Below are positions 1 through 9,220 of a DNA stretch of 47,748 nt, piece after piece. The position numbers and the translations under genes are program-made. The DNA comes from a virus. Taxonomy: Duplodnaviria > Caudoviricetes. The first letter of the stretch is position 1. Each line of letters begins with the position of its first letter. Location: the IMG/VR virus record IMGVR_UViG_3300022697_000248, positions 1-47,748 of that record. One strand, 5' to 3'. Below the pieces are notes generated by a model. That model saw only the letters and a list, made by a program, of their open reading frames with translations. It did no database searches and was not told the DNA's origin.

Positions 1-99
1 CGGACACTGTCTTCAGGATCAAAATCGACGAGTTGAATAGTTTGAGGAAGAACAATCATACCAGTGACTGTCCCTTGAATGGAGACGGTTGACGCGCCC
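1..99. repeat. Terminal direct repeat, left copy (identical to 47650-47748); circular assembly overlap
   Basis: Exact 99-nt identity CGGACACTGT...GACGCGCCC at both ends; an ORF reads through the junction. Confidence 0.97.
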
Positions 100-356
100 G
101 TCGCAAACGCGGCATCGGGGATATCCAGGCGGTATAGTCCATGCCCAACTTCAAGAAATCCCCCATCGGCGTGGGCTGTGGTGAGAGCGGCAAGGGTCAC
201 TTCTGTGATGTTGGTCACGACAGCCCCTTCCCGGCGGTATTCAAGGTCGATGCCGGCAGTATTGAACAGGACGCCAGTTTCGGGGACTCCAGTTGTGGAG
301 TCAATAATATATACGTCAACAGATATATTTACGCTACCTTTGAGTACTTGCCTCAT
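1..356 (-). CDS. 5' part of a virion structural/tail-fibre-like protein that wraps the origin (about 339 aa in total, ends at 46986)
   Basis: ATG at 356-354 overlaps the TGA of the upstream gene (ATGA); MRQVLKGSVNISVDVYIIDSTTG... reads in frame into MIVLPQTIQL of ORF 46986..47708. Confidence 0.85.
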   Translation of the reverse strand, partial: MRQVLKGSVNISVDVYIIDSTTGVPETGVLFNTAGIDLEYRREGAVVTNITEVTLAALTTAHADGGFLEVGHGLYRLDIPDAAFATGASTVSIQGTVTGMIVLPQTIQLVDFDPEDSV

Positions 357-1066
357 GCGCTCACCCTGTAATACGCAGGAATAATATGATTCCGGACATC
401 AGCTCCACCCCCACCGAGCGTCGCGGAAATCTCTATCGCCACACCCGCACATTTATGCGCACTGGCCCAGGAAAAGCTCGGCGTGAGGTCTTCTCCCAAT
501 TGCCAGGCCACTACCTGCCCCATCGGTTGCGAGCCGTGAGCGCCTGATTCCAAATCAATTAGGCTCCCGTCACCGCTGGGAACAGAATTTTTACCAATGA
601 CCCCACACAATACCGTGGCATTGTTTGTCGCGTTGGCGAAGGCGGCAAGTGTCATTGACAATGATGTGACATTGCTCGTATTGAACGCTGTCGCAGTTTG
701 AATGATGGCGTCAGCCCCATTATTGCCTGCTTCCGTATCTGTATTGAATTCCAGAATCGCATGGCCGGTCCCAGAGACCTGTTCAGAGAATGTAAATGTG
801 ACAGCTCCTGCGCTGGCTGTCCCCGAAGCACGAAAGACTGCGACATGTCGAAAGCCAGATGCACCGGCATCGACATTCTGATCCACCACGAGGTCCCAGG
901 TGAGCCCGTTACCCGCACACGTTGGCGTGACGGTCGTCACAGTATCGCTGAAAAACACACAGGCCAACAGCAACACATTGCTCGTCGGCGTGATACTCGC
1001 TGTTACAAGCGACGAGACATTCGTTGTCGAGTCACCAGAAGTGAGTACCGTAGGTGTGATCGCCAT
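353..1066 (-). CDS. Beta-rich virion structural protein (putative tail/head appendage)
   Basis: 237 aa, rich in Thr/Ser/Ala/Gly, in the late operon and coupled to its neighbours. Confidence 0.7.
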   Translation of the reverse strand: MAITPTVLTSGDSTTNVSSLVTASITPTSNVLLLACVFFSDTVTTVTPTCAGNGLTWDLVVDQNVDAGASGFRHVAVFRASGTASAGAVTFTFSEQVSGTGHAILEFNTDTEAGNNGADAIIQTATAFNTSNVTSLSMTLAAFANATNNATVLCGVIGKNSVPSGDGSLIDLESGAHGSQPMGQVVAWQLGEDLTPSFSWASAHKCAGVAIEISATLGGGGADVRNHIIPAYYRVSA

Positions 1067-1321
1067 TTATGGGCCTATAGACAAGTCTATATCACCCACT
1101 GTCGTCAGACGCCCTGGAGATACACGACGCTCAGTGGTGGCAGTACGAATCTTGAGACCGTTAAACTTCGTATCCAGTTGTCTCTCGCCTTCTCCTTGCA
1201 CAATGATCTCCGTAACCATGCCGGTTGATTCTCCATCATCACCGACTCCCACCAACCCTTCAGCCATCACGATGAGATGACCCCGGCCTGGCACATGCAG
1301 TTGACTGGCAATAAATTCCAT
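1067..1321 (-). CDS. Hypothetical late protein
   Basis: 84 aa ORF abutting the next gene in the operon. Confidence 0.6.
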   Translation of the reverse strand: MEFIASQLHVPGRGHLIVMAEGLVGVGDDGESTGMVTEIIVQGEGERQLDTKFNGLKIRTATTERRVSPGRLTTVGDIDLSIGP

Positions 1322-1355
1322 GGCTACAACAGAGCCAATTTTCCCATCCTGAATG

Positions 1356-1883
1356 CTACGCTTTCGCCAACGCCAAGAGTTTCGACGCCTTCTCTGCGTT
1401 TTTCCGGTTCTCTTCCTCTGCCAACTTTTTCATCTGTACCGCGTCGTCCATCTTTTTCAGTGCAAGGGCCGTGGCATACTCCGCGCCTTTTTGTGCCTTC
1501 TCACACTCTGACGTTTGCTGGACCAGCAACTTTTCCTTGGCGGTCAAGTCTGTGGCGCGTTGTGCCTGTTCCAGTTCCTTCTTGGCGAGTCCATCGCGGT
1601 CTTTCTTAATACCGTCATGGGCATCCATCATCAGTTTGGTGGCTTGCGCTTCAGCAGTTCTTAATACCTCAGCCGCGCTTTCCTTCGCACGGTCCGCCTC
1701 CCGCATCGCGCTTTTTATTTTATCCACATCAGTGTGCATGCCCAGCATGTCGCGTAACTCTTGTCTCGCATTTTTGAGATCGTCCAAACGCTTCTTATAG
1801 TCTTCTTTATTGTTAAGAAGGTCCATGAACTTCATCATATCTTTTTCGCCATCAGACCCGTTCACATTCACTAAAGTTTTCAC
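1356..1883 (-). CDS. Coiled-coil protein
   Basis: K/E/A-rich helical 175 aa; AAGGAGG SD upstream of GTG. Confidence 0.75.
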   Translation of the reverse strand: MKTLVNVNGSDGEKDMMKFMDLLNNKEDYKKRLDDLKNARQELRDMLGMHTDVDKIKSAMREADRAKESAAEVLRTAEAQATKLMMDAHDGIKKDRDGLAKKELEQAQRATDLTAKEKLLVQQTSECEKAQKGAEYATALALKKMDDAVQMKKLAEEENRKNAEKASKLLALAKA

Positions 1884-1895
1884 GGTGCCTCCTTA

Positions 1896-2948
1896 CTAGG
1901 TATCTTGTTTGTAGGCTTTGCGTTTGGACGCATACGTTCGCATGGCACCATCAGACCCATAACCCACGGCCCGCCTGATTTTTAACATCGCATTGGGGGT
2001 GGTTCCTGCCATTTCTACATAACATCCACGGATCAAATGAATCGGCATCCCGGCAGGATCAACAGTCTCAAAAGCCGTTGTATTCCTAAGTTCCACCCGT
2101 GTCCGTGTCGCATTTGAGGTAATGCCAGTATCGGTGTCATAGATAGTCATCACGCAATCTGTTCCGTTACCAGAAATTAAGGTAGCATTATCGACAATCC
2201 CAGGCCCGACAAACGCATGCCCGGAAGCGGTCAGGAGCATATCTTGCGGGTACCGCATGAAGGGTGGGTGGATTCTGACATCATCGGCAATGACTTGATC
2301 GAAGAGGCAGATCCCGGCTGTCGTTCCGGCATCTTGTCCTGTAATGCCCATAAACCCAGAAGCAACGGCCAACTGATCCAAGGCCGTCAGTTGCGTCAGG
2401 CCATTCCCATCAAGGAAGACATCAAGCGTTCCGTCATTCCCGGCGCCAGCATCAAGATTGACGAACACTTCGATGGAATGCCATTTGTTCAGGCTGAATG
2501 GCGCAAACGTGGCCCCTGCCTCATTCGCAAGTTTTGAATTGTAGAGTCTGTATCCATTCGCATCTGTATAATTTATCCCGATTGTGACTTCATGAACGGC
2601 AGAGCCAGATTCTAACCAGAAGATCGCAAACGAGTCGGTATCCGCCATGACAGGGACCTGTGAACCTCTGCCACCAAACCAGAACATGAACCGGAAGTAC
2701 ATGGTGCCGTTTAAGGCAATATCCCATGTTGCCGTTTCTTGCACAGAACATTCCGCGGTACTGACACTAAGGTCTGCCCGCATACAATATGCACCTCGAT
2801 ATGGGGCTGGTAGGCCAGGTGTAGCCGCCAGTGATGTGTAATGCGCGACATCTAATTTGCCACTGGCGGGTGTGTCAGCATCAAAATGTGTATCGGTAGA
2901 AAGTGTGCCTTTCTCCCATCCCGTCTCAGTCAGATAATCGGTTGGCAT
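1896..2948 (-). CDS. Virion protein with ConA/laminin-G-like (polysaccharide-lyase-like) domain plus a small C-terminal beta domain
   Basis: YFRFMFW...LNKWHSIEVFV...DGTLDVFLDG...LFDQVIADD pattern typical of jelly-roll lectin folds. Confidence 0.7.
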   Translation of the reverse strand: MPTDYLTETGWEKGTLSTDTHFDADTPASGKLDVAHYTSLAATPGLPAPYRGAYCMRADLSVSTAECSVQETATWDIALNGTMYFRFMFWFGGRGSQVPVMADTDSFAIFWLESGSAVHEVTIGINYTDANGYRLYNSKLANEAGATFAPFSLNKWHSIEVFVNLDAGAGNDGTLDVFLDGNGLTQLTALDQLAVASGFMGITGQDAGTTAGICLFDQVIADDVRIHPPFMRYPQDMLLTASGHAFVGPGIVDNATLISGNGTDCVMTIYDTDTGITSNATRTRVELRNTTAFETVDPAGMPIHLIRGCYVEMAGTTPNAMLKIRRAVGYGSDGAMRTYASKRKAYKQDT

Positions 2949-2950
2949 GC

Positions 2951-3625
2951 TTAATCTCCTTCGCTGGCCTTAGATGCAACCACTTGGTGATCTAATGCTT
3001 GTTCTCTTTCCTTTACTGCCCTGATACGCCCCTGGCGCATTTTCTCAAGGTGCTCTTTGGTCTGTGTCCTCCGCCTTCCGTCTTTGACCTGCTTCAAGGC
3101 GGTATTTGATGTCGGACTCTCAGGAAAGATCGGGCCAAAGTTTTCTTTGGCCTGCGCAGACATGGCGTGATGCCCCGGTATTTGTGCGGTCGTATCCAAT
3201 GTCACCGGACGCGATGGCCGAAGGATTTCGACATTGGCAAGATCAGGATCTTCCGAATCAGGCTCTTGTTGCAGCTTACGATTTTTCCATTCCAGAACGT
3301 TACCCTTTTGAAACCGATTCCACAGCGTATTTTTATGCACGGCCCCCGCAGGATTCTTTCGCATCATTTCAGTCGACGGCATATTCGCAACAATCTCTCG
3401 CTCTAAATCTTTGATGCGTAACGCATTGTCATCCTTCTCTGCCCCCGTCAACTGCTCTGGGCAATATCTGTTTAATTGCTCCTCTGACCGTTTCATGTCT
3501 CTCGCGAGTTGGCCCCGGTCTTCGAGCTTATGTCCACTCGACAGTGTTTGCCGAATTCGAGTGATGTCTTCTTTAATATTATTTGCTTGCTGTGGTCTGA
3601 GTAGATTTTCTGTTACGCTTTTCAT
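2951..3625 (-). CDS. Hypothetical late protein with a C-terminal basic NUMOD3-like motif
   Basis: 224 aa ORF; RRRTQTKEHLEKMRQGR near the C-terminus. Confidence 0.65.
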   Translation of the reverse strand: MKSVTENLLRPQQANNIKEDITRIRQTLSSGHKLEDRGQLARDMKRSEEQLNRYCPEQLTGAEKDDNALRIKDLEREIVANMPSTEMMRKNPAGAVHKNTLWNRFQKGNVLEWKNRKLQQEPDSEDPDLANVEILRPSRPVTLDTTAQIPGHHAMSAQAKENFGPIFPESPTSNTALKQVKDGRRRTQTKEHLEKMRQGRIRAVKEREQALDHQVVASKASEGD

Positions 3626-3777
3626 CCCAGACCATCCTTAACCTTGGTGCTAATATTCACGTCCTCAAACTTCACAGGCTGTAACGGTTTCACCCCCGGT
3701 GTGCCGGGAGATGGGGACGGATCGCGCTTGTTCGCTAAGAACGTGTAATTCTGTGTGTTGTGGTAATTGTTACTCAT
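3622..3777 (-). CDS. Small Pro-rich hypothetical protein (51 aa, not in ORF track)
   Basis: AAGGAG SD; MSNNYHNTQNYTFLANKRDPSPSPGTPG...; TGA overlaps the next ATG. Confidence 0.6.
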   Translation of the reverse strand: MSNNYHNTQNYTFLANKRDPSPSPGTPGVKPLQPVKFEDVNISTKVKDGLG

Positions 3778-3786
3778 GTCATCTCC

Positions 3787-4284
3787 TTACGCATTGACAT
3801 ACGCAGTACGCACATCAAAGAAAAAATGTATACGGTCGGTGACGCCTAAGTTTGCTCCTCCATGAGGAACGTTGGCATTGACCAAATACGCGAATCCCGG
3901 CTTTAAGTGCTGCTTACTGTCTCCATAGCTCATCCAACATTCGGGATTCGACAGAATAGGTACATGAACTCTCGCAATCCATTCATCAGTTTGCTGATCG
4001 GTATGCGTCACCATCGTTTGTCCCGCGACTAAATTCGCAAGGTGATACTCACATGCCACATACCCTTCAAAGCCTTCCATAATCTCAGTCACGATTCCGG
4101 CAACCATAAACCCGAAATTATGCCAATTCAGATCACTGACCACAGCAGGAAGATGGAAAGATGGCCGCAACTTTTCTTGTTGCGGCCAATCTTCATGCTG
4201 TAACCCTAACGCCCACTTCGTGAGTGTGGTTAATCGTGACGGATCAACTAAACACAGTTCAGTGATTGTCAAATCCTTGTTCAT
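3787..4284 (-). CDS. Aspartyl/asparaginyl beta-hydroxylase-like 2OG-Fe(II) dioxygenase
   Basis: HTD...RVHVPI...NANVPHGGANLGVTDRIHFFFD: HxD...H triad plus a distal Arg. Confidence 0.85.
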   Translation of the reverse strand: MNKDLTITELCLVDPSRLTTLTKWALGLQHEDWPQQEKLRPSFHLPAVVSDLNWHNFGFMVAGIVTEIMEGFEGYVACEYHLANLVAGQTMVTHTDQQTDEWIARVHVPILSNPECWMSYGDSKQHLKPGFAYLVNANVPHGGANLGVTDRIHFFFDVRTAYVNA

Positions 4285-5228
4285 TAGAGGTCTACATCAA
4301 TAGCTGGCAAGACAACTCCTGACAGGATATTCGTGGACACACTCAAGTTATCAAACAATCCCACGCCATCAATATCATTCAGCGAATGTGCGCCGGTCAC
4401 ATCAGCATGTCGGCAACGGTTGTGCGCGACGATGCCCGTGTTGTCCGCTTGGTCGTTGTCGATCAACAGATCACCAGCCGTCATGGCATGCTGCACGAAA
4501 TTCCATAACACTTCGATGGTTTGCATAGACTTTCCTGCCGCCACCTTAATCAATGCCCCATCGGTCGATCCTGATTGAATCACCACATTGTAATTGACGT
4601 GCATTCGCGCAATATCAGCCACTACCGCAATAAACTCCGTGGCGCTAGCATCCAATCCATACGAATGGCAATGCGTAATACTGGCATCGTCGGCATTGTT
4701 GTCTGTGGTGCTGGTGAAATCGAACGGAATCAGGAAGTTTTCCGTTGCGACGTTTTCAATAAACTCCAATCCATGTGCATTGAAACCTGATCCCGTGATA
4801 TTGAAGCACCGCACGATGTCAGCATGCCCGGCTGCAAAGACACAATTGGAAATGTGATGGTCTGCGGCAGTCACGACATATGTGACGGTTGGGGCTCCAT
4901 CCATCAAGAACCGTGGCCGTTGGCTCCCGACACCGAGCCCAATCACCGCCACACCATTCACGTCTGCGGTAATACCTCCCGCGCCAGTAATGGTTTCCGA
5001 GTGATTCGGCATAAGAAAGATGACATCTCCCACATTGGCACTCGTGCGACCAATAGCGGCGTCAAGCGTGGCCATAGCCTTGGCGGGCGAGAGACCATCG
5101 TTGCCATCACTGGCCCCAACTAACGTGGAACTGACAAATCGCGGGGTGCCAGTCGTCATATACGCACCGCCGCCTAATACCGGCATACCAAAACTTGTGA
5201 TTCCATTGGGGAAATTGGTTAAAGGCAT
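4284..5228 (-). CDS. Pectin-lyase-like beta-helix virion protein (head/tail spike)
   Basis: N-terminal SDGNDGLSPAKAMATLDAAI...GDVIFLMP motif followed by Asn/Asp-rich beta repeats; AAGGAG SD. Confidence 0.75.
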   Translation of the reverse strand: MPLTNFPNGITSFGMPVLGGGAYMTTGTPRFVSSTLVGASDGNDGLSPAKAMATLDAAIGRTSANVGDVIFLMPNHSETITGAGGITADVNGVAVIGLGVGSQRPRFLMDGAPTVTYVVTAADHHISNCVFAAGHADIVRCFNITGSGFNAHGLEFIENVATENFLIPFDFTSTTDNNADDASITHCHSYGLDASATEFIAVVADIARMHVNYNVVIQSGSTDGALIKVAAGKSMQTIEVLWNFVQHAMTAGDLLIDNDQADNTGIVAHNRCRHADVTGAHSLNDIDGVGLFDNLSVSTNILSGVVLPAIDVDL

Positions 5229-5314
5229 GTTGACTCCTTATCCTGTAACACCCGTTCCGAAACGGCTGCCCGTAGGACGCTCTTTGGCGTGGCCCCTACG
5301 CTTACACTTTTTTG

Positions 5315-5401
5315 TTAGTATTGTCGTCCGCGCGAAGGTCGCTTCTTTGGCGTACCTCCAGCGCGGACAGATTTTTGTTTCTTGGGTTTCTTCTTGGGCA
5401 C
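5315..5401 (-). CDS. Tiny highly basic peptide (28 aa, not in ORF track)
   Basis: GTG immediately after the HNH stop; MPKKKPKKQKSVRAGGTPKKRPSRGRQY. Confidence 0.45.
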   Translation of the reverse strand: MPKKKPKKQKSVRAGGTPKKRPSRGRQY

Positions 5402-6115
5402 TTAGGGTACCTGACCTTTTAACACTTTCACTGACTCCAACTTCAACCAAGCGAAGACCAAGCCAGAGACATAGGGTTGGTTGTTGATGATTCGGAAATT
5501 AATTGCATGCATCGATTTGTGGCACGAACCACATAATGTAACCAGATTTTCCAAAGCATGGTTTGGTTCAGATGTTTGCCCACTTCCATCAATGTGGTGA
5601 ACATGGAGGCTCTTTTTCCCGCCACAACGGACGCATTTAAACCCGTCGCGCTTACGGCAAGGATGACAATTTCCATCATACAGTTCATGCTGGACTTTCT
5701 TGTACCTCTTCTTTCCAGAAGACTTGCAGGCACACTTCTGAGAGCAGAAGCGGCGATTCTCCCAAGGCATAGAAATTCCCACTTCATATTTCGCATGGCA
5801 TATCTCGCAAATTTTTGGAGTGGTGTTTCTTTTTGCCGCACGTTTGCCAGAACGAATATCTTCAGCACTAATCCTGCTACACTTAAAGGAACAGGTTTGC
5901 GTACGCTTATATTGGTTAGGCCTAGGAGTAAATAACGCTCCACAAACAATGCAAGACTTCGGCGGGTTTTGGATTTTTGGAATCTTTTCTCTTGTTTTTC
6001 GATTCCAAAATTTCGTATTGCACTTCTTCCCGCAAAATCTCTCAATGCCTGGTGATTTCGTTCGAGATACATAATCGCTACCACACTCTTCGCAAACCCT
6101 TTGCACATGTTCCAT
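5402..6115 (-). CDS. Free-standing HNH homing endonuclease with three N-terminal CxxC...CxxxC zinc-binding repeats
   Basis: RDGFKCVRCG...LHVHHIDG...NHALENLVTLCGSCHKSMH; repeated CxxC and FC/TCSxKC motifs; GGAGG SD. Confidence 0.92.
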   Translation of the reverse strand: MEHVQRVCEECGSDYVSRTKSPGIERFCGKKCNTKFWNRKTREKIPKIQNPPKSCIVCGALFTPRPNQYKRTQTCSFKCSRISAEDIRSGKRAAKRNTTPKICEICHAKYEVGISMPWENRRFCSQKCACKSSGKKRYKKVQHELYDGNCHPCRKRDGFKCVRCGGKKSLHVHHIDGSGQTSEPNHALENLVTLCGSCHKSMHAINFRIINNQPYVSGLVFAWLKLESVKVLKGQVP

Positions 6116-6154
6116 AAAATGCCTCCCGTTTGATTGTTGTATCGTACGGTTGAC

Positions 6155-6183
6155 ATTTTATGATAACAGAATCTAAATGTCAA
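6155..6183 (-). promoter_or_regulatory. Sigma70-like promoter of the HNH gene
   Basis: Minus strand TTGACA-17 nt-TAAAAT, inside an inverted repeat TTGACATTT...AAATGTCAA (6150-6183). Confidence 0.65.
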
Positions 6184-6202
6184 GCTCCTAAAAGCACCAT
6201 GT

Positions 6203-7114
6203 CTAGGACACCTGACTGCCTAAAATCCACCTCCATCCCCGATAAAGGAACGAAAATCTCATATATGCCCTCCACTTCATGTTGAAACTGTCAAATTCCT
6301 CTGCTCGTCCAAATTCAAGTGGGATACGATCAAACCATTTCAAGTTTTCTGCCCTGAGAACGGAATCCATGAGGAACCAATCATTGGTATCCGTCATATA
6401 ATTCCATTCCTTAATGGTAAATTGCCCGTGATGGACGTTGGCGTTATTGTCTGCCGTATCCACTTTGCCCATGGACGAGACAATCTCAAACGCTGTCTCA
6501 TAATTGTCTGGGGAAATCCAGATTTCGTCAGGCATGATGTTAATGCGGTTCCCCTGATCATCTCGGAAGCCTCGCATTTGAATCCGCGCCGTCGAGAGGG
6601 CGACCGCACTTAACGCGGAAGTCAACAGATTATCAAAACCATTGGTCGTACTGGCCCCTGAAGTCGTGGCGTGCAAGTTGCTGCACAAGGCCACACCTTC
6701 CGAATGTGTGTAAAACTTCTGGTCAATACTGAAGGCGAGCGTCAGCATACGAGCACCATGAGATTCCTTAGTACGCTTTGCTGCCGTTGCAAGCCCTTTC
6801 GGCTTATCTGCAATCACACCAGTTAAGTCATCATCTCTAAGTTTTCTTTGCACAGATATACCTTTGGCAAATTCAACGTGGGTAGCCGTCACATCAAACC
6901 CCTGATTAAAGGAGTCAAACGAGAGGGTTCCTGTGAATTCATCAAAGTCTGTCAGGTCGCCGACTTCGCTGTATTTCTCATCGGCCCCTTTTCGTGCTGG
7001 CCCCATGTTGTATAACTCTGGCAACATGGTCGGAAGTTGGTTGTATTGATCAACAAATATTTTCGTGAACCGCCGATCCAGGAGATCGGGGAACAATGTC
7101 GAGGTTTGAGCCAT
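6203..7114 (-). CDS. Major capsid protein (HK97 fold, Mu gpT-like)
   Basis: 303 aa; THVEFAKGISV, DDLTGVI, EGVALCSNLH, LTSALSAVAL, TDTNDWFL, MRFSFLYRGWR; position after scaffold/decoration genes. Confidence 0.9.
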   Translation of the reverse strand: MAQTSTLFPDLLDRRFTKIFVDQYNQLPTMLPELYNMGPARKGADEKYSEVGDLTDFDEFTGTLSFDSFNQGFDVTATHVEFAKGISVQRKLRDDDLTGVIADKPKGLATAAKRTKESHGARMLTLAFSIDQKFYTHSEGVALCSNLHATTSGASTTNGFDNLLTSALSAVALSTARIQMRGFRDDQGNRINIMPDEIWISPDNYETAFEIVSSMGKVDTADNNANVHHGQFTIKEWNYMTDTNDWFLMDSVLRAENLKWFDRIPLEFGRAEEFDSFNMKWRAYMRFSFLYRGWRWILGSQVS

Positions 7115-7150
7115 AGTTGTTACTCCTTAAAAAATCGAGTGTGTCTCGAT

Positions 7151-7870
7151 TTATACGTTTGATGCAAAAATCGAATCGGCAGGGACGATTAAGGCATAAC
7201 TGTGATTTCGCCCATCGTTCCCAATGTCATTCAAGATCATGCCGATGACGAAGAAGTTCACATTATCTGTGTCTGCGCCCGCCTCAGCGTTAATTTCCGT
7301 GAATAAATTCGTGAAATCCGGATACAGAACGGTCGTCGGTGAGAGAGGTACACGCATAAAATTATCGCCAACCGAATTGTCAAACGGGAACGCGACGGTT
7401 GGATTGGCGGCGGTCGCACTCACAGCGGTAATCTGTCTGGCAACTCCCGCATTCGCTCCGTCATAACCCCACACAGTTCCTCCATCGAAACCACCACTCG
7501 CATTCCACGCATCACCCGTTGTCACATCTAAGCCGTCCGTACTGGCTGTAGTGATATCAAACAACAACAGTGCGGTACCCTCCGTGTCACCGTTATTCAG
7601 TCGCGCTTTTAAGATCAAGTCCGAATTGACAATGACACTGACTCGTCGTGCTGGATCACTGTTATCTGACTGTTGCGCGGTCACTAAGGTTGCTTGGGTG
7701 TCCAGGGCCATCCCCACATAATCCACAGCGGCAATTTCTGTCATCAGGTTCACGCCTGCTGTAGCATTCGTCGCTGCCGTCAGGCCCACGCCTGCATTAG
7801 GAACGGCTGCACCGATTTGATATTCCACAATGTATTCTTGTGCTGCTCCAATAAATCCATACTTTTGCAT
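7151..7870 (-). CDS. Capsid decoration/cement-like protein (start revised to MQKYG)
   Basis: AGGAG SD before ATG 7870; beta-rich; directly upstream of the capsid gene. Confidence 0.65.
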   Translation of the reverse strand: MQKYGFIGAAQEYIVEYQIGAAVPNAGVGLTAATNATAGVNLMTEIAAVDYVGMALDTQATLVTAQQSDNSDPARRVSVIVNSDLILKARLNNGDTEGTALLLFDITTASTDGLDVTTGDAWNASGGFDGGTVWGYDGANAGVARQITAVSATAANPTVAFPFDNSVGDNFMRVPLSPTTVLYPDFTNLFTEINAEAGADTDNVNFFVIGMILNDIGNDGRNHSYALIVPADSIFASNV

Positions 7871-7880
7871 AATGCTTCTC

Positions 7881-8243
7881 CTATGCCATGCCCACGGTTG
7901 TAGCGAGTCGTGTGATCTTTTTACGGGCATCCTTTGTGGTCCAGCATGTGGTTCGTTGATCTTCATGCAGGAACAAGCGCCCATCTTCGCAATACCCACG
8001 ACAGGCAAAACATTTACCACGAGCTAACGTGTGTTCATACCGGCGAACGCTGTAATAGCCGTGCCGCCGCCAATCAAATCGAAAGTGACAATCACTACAC
8101 AGAAGAAAGGTGCGTTTGAGGGCTGTGAGATCATCCACGTAGGCCCCGAAGGGTTTGCCATACCGACGACCACCTTCTGAGGCGGCTTTGGTCAGCATTG
8201 CTGGCGACCACACTTTCGGGATCAGTACGGTAGGGTGCTTCAT
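7881..8243 (-). CDS. Hypothetical zinc-finger protein
   Basis: CSDC...CFAC; ATGA coupling with the scaffold gene. Confidence 0.65.
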   Translation of the reverse strand: MKHPTVLIPKVWSPAMLTKAASEGGRRYGKPFGAYVDDLTALKRTFLLCSDCHFRFDWRRHGYYSVRRYEHTLARGKCFACRGYCEDGRLFLHEDQRTTCWTTKDARKKITRLATTVGMA

Positions 8244-9085
8244 CCCACCGCCCTCATTCTAAGACCCGGATTCACGGTTTGCGTCTTTGCAAATTCCAGA
8301 TCCTCCCTGACTTCCTTCCATGTCATTTGGCCAGTTTCTACAAGGTGAGCGTATTGTTCTCTTTCCGCTTTCGAGAGTGCCTTAATCGGATCACCGTCGC
8401 TTGATGCGACAGACTCACTTCTTTTCCCAATTTCACCGTGAGCCAATTTACGCTCGCCAGCGCGATCGGAGACTTGTTTGGTCTTCTGTAAACGATCTAA
8501 TGACCCAAACGCAGACCGCAATGCGATCAGTTTGGTCGTATCGTTATTGGCAAGACCGCGACTTGCGTGGAATGACCATTCTTCGGCAAACCGCTTATAA
8601 TTCTCGGATTTGTTGTCGTTAAGGTCAGGCAGAATAGCCAGATAGCCATCTATATTGGACGTGTCTTGATGTACCGTCTGCTGGCGCTGCATCTCTTCAC
8701 GGACGAGTTGTACCGTGCGTTTTTCGACTTGCACCATCAAGCGTTGCGTCTTCTGATCCTCAGTGATAATGCCCTTATCCACAAAGTCTGTGAGTTCTGT
8801 GGGAGAATAAAATTTATACTCTTGTTCTTGTTCGGAGACTGGTTGTTGAGCGGGAGCCGGTTGGCGTAAGGCCTTGTTATCGGCCTCTAAGGTAGCCAAT
8901 CGTTGCCTGTCGGCCTCGCGATCACGAACCAGCGCGTCATAATCGTCTTGTGACGGGGTTGATGTCGGCTCTGATATCCCTTCAGGCGGTTCATTGGATG
9001 GTTCTTTGGCAACCTCAGGCTCTACAGGTTCGGGTTCTGGTTCTGCTGCCAATGCTGCTGTTGCCGGATCTAATTCTGAGTCCAT
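8240..9085 (-). CDS. Capsid scaffolding protein
   Basis: Acidic Pro/Glu-rich N-terminus, coiled coil, C-terminal helix LSKAEREQYAHL...MTWKEV; between portal and capsid genes. Confidence 0.8.
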   Translation of the reverse strand: MDSELDPATAALAAEPEPEPVEPEVAKEPSNEPPEGISEPTSTPSQDDYDALVRDREADRQRLATLEADNKALRQPAPAQQPVSEQEQEYKFYSPTELTDFVDKGIITEDQKTQRLMVQVEKRTVQLVREEMQRQQTVHQDTSNIDGYLAILPDLNDNKSENYKRFAEEWSFHASRGLANNDTTKLIALRSAFGSLDRLQKTKQVSDRAGERKLAHGEIGKRSESVASSDGDPIKALSKAEREQYAHLVETGQMTWKEVREDLEFAKTQTVNPGLRMRAVG

Positions 9086-9098
9086 AACGGCTCCTTAT

Positions 9099-9218
9099 TC
9101 ATTTTCCATGTTTCCGAATCCACAAATGCGGATCTTTCATGGCAATCATAATGGGTTTTCTGGCTCCGGCCTTGTTCCCTGGCTTTCCTGAGCGTCCTGA
9201 TCCGGTTTGTTTCGGCAT
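9099..9218 (-). CDS. Small basic peptide (39 aa, not in ORF track)
   Basis: GGAG SD; MPKQTGSGRSGKPGNKAGARKPIMIAMKDPHLWIRKHGK. Confidence 0.55.
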   Translation of the reverse strand: MPKQTGSGRSGKPGNKAGARKPIMIAMKDPHLWIRKHGK

Positions 9219-9220
9219 GA

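Noticed and set aside
1-99. Terminal repeat as a biological DTR
   Set aside because: It lies in mid-gene and 99 nt matches a common assembler k-mer overlap; the real ends are more likely near 16.2-16.6 kb
5443-6183. 246-aa ORF overlapping the HNH gene in another frame
   Set aside because: No motifs or SD, and its TTG start is the promoter -35 box; treated as a shadow ORF
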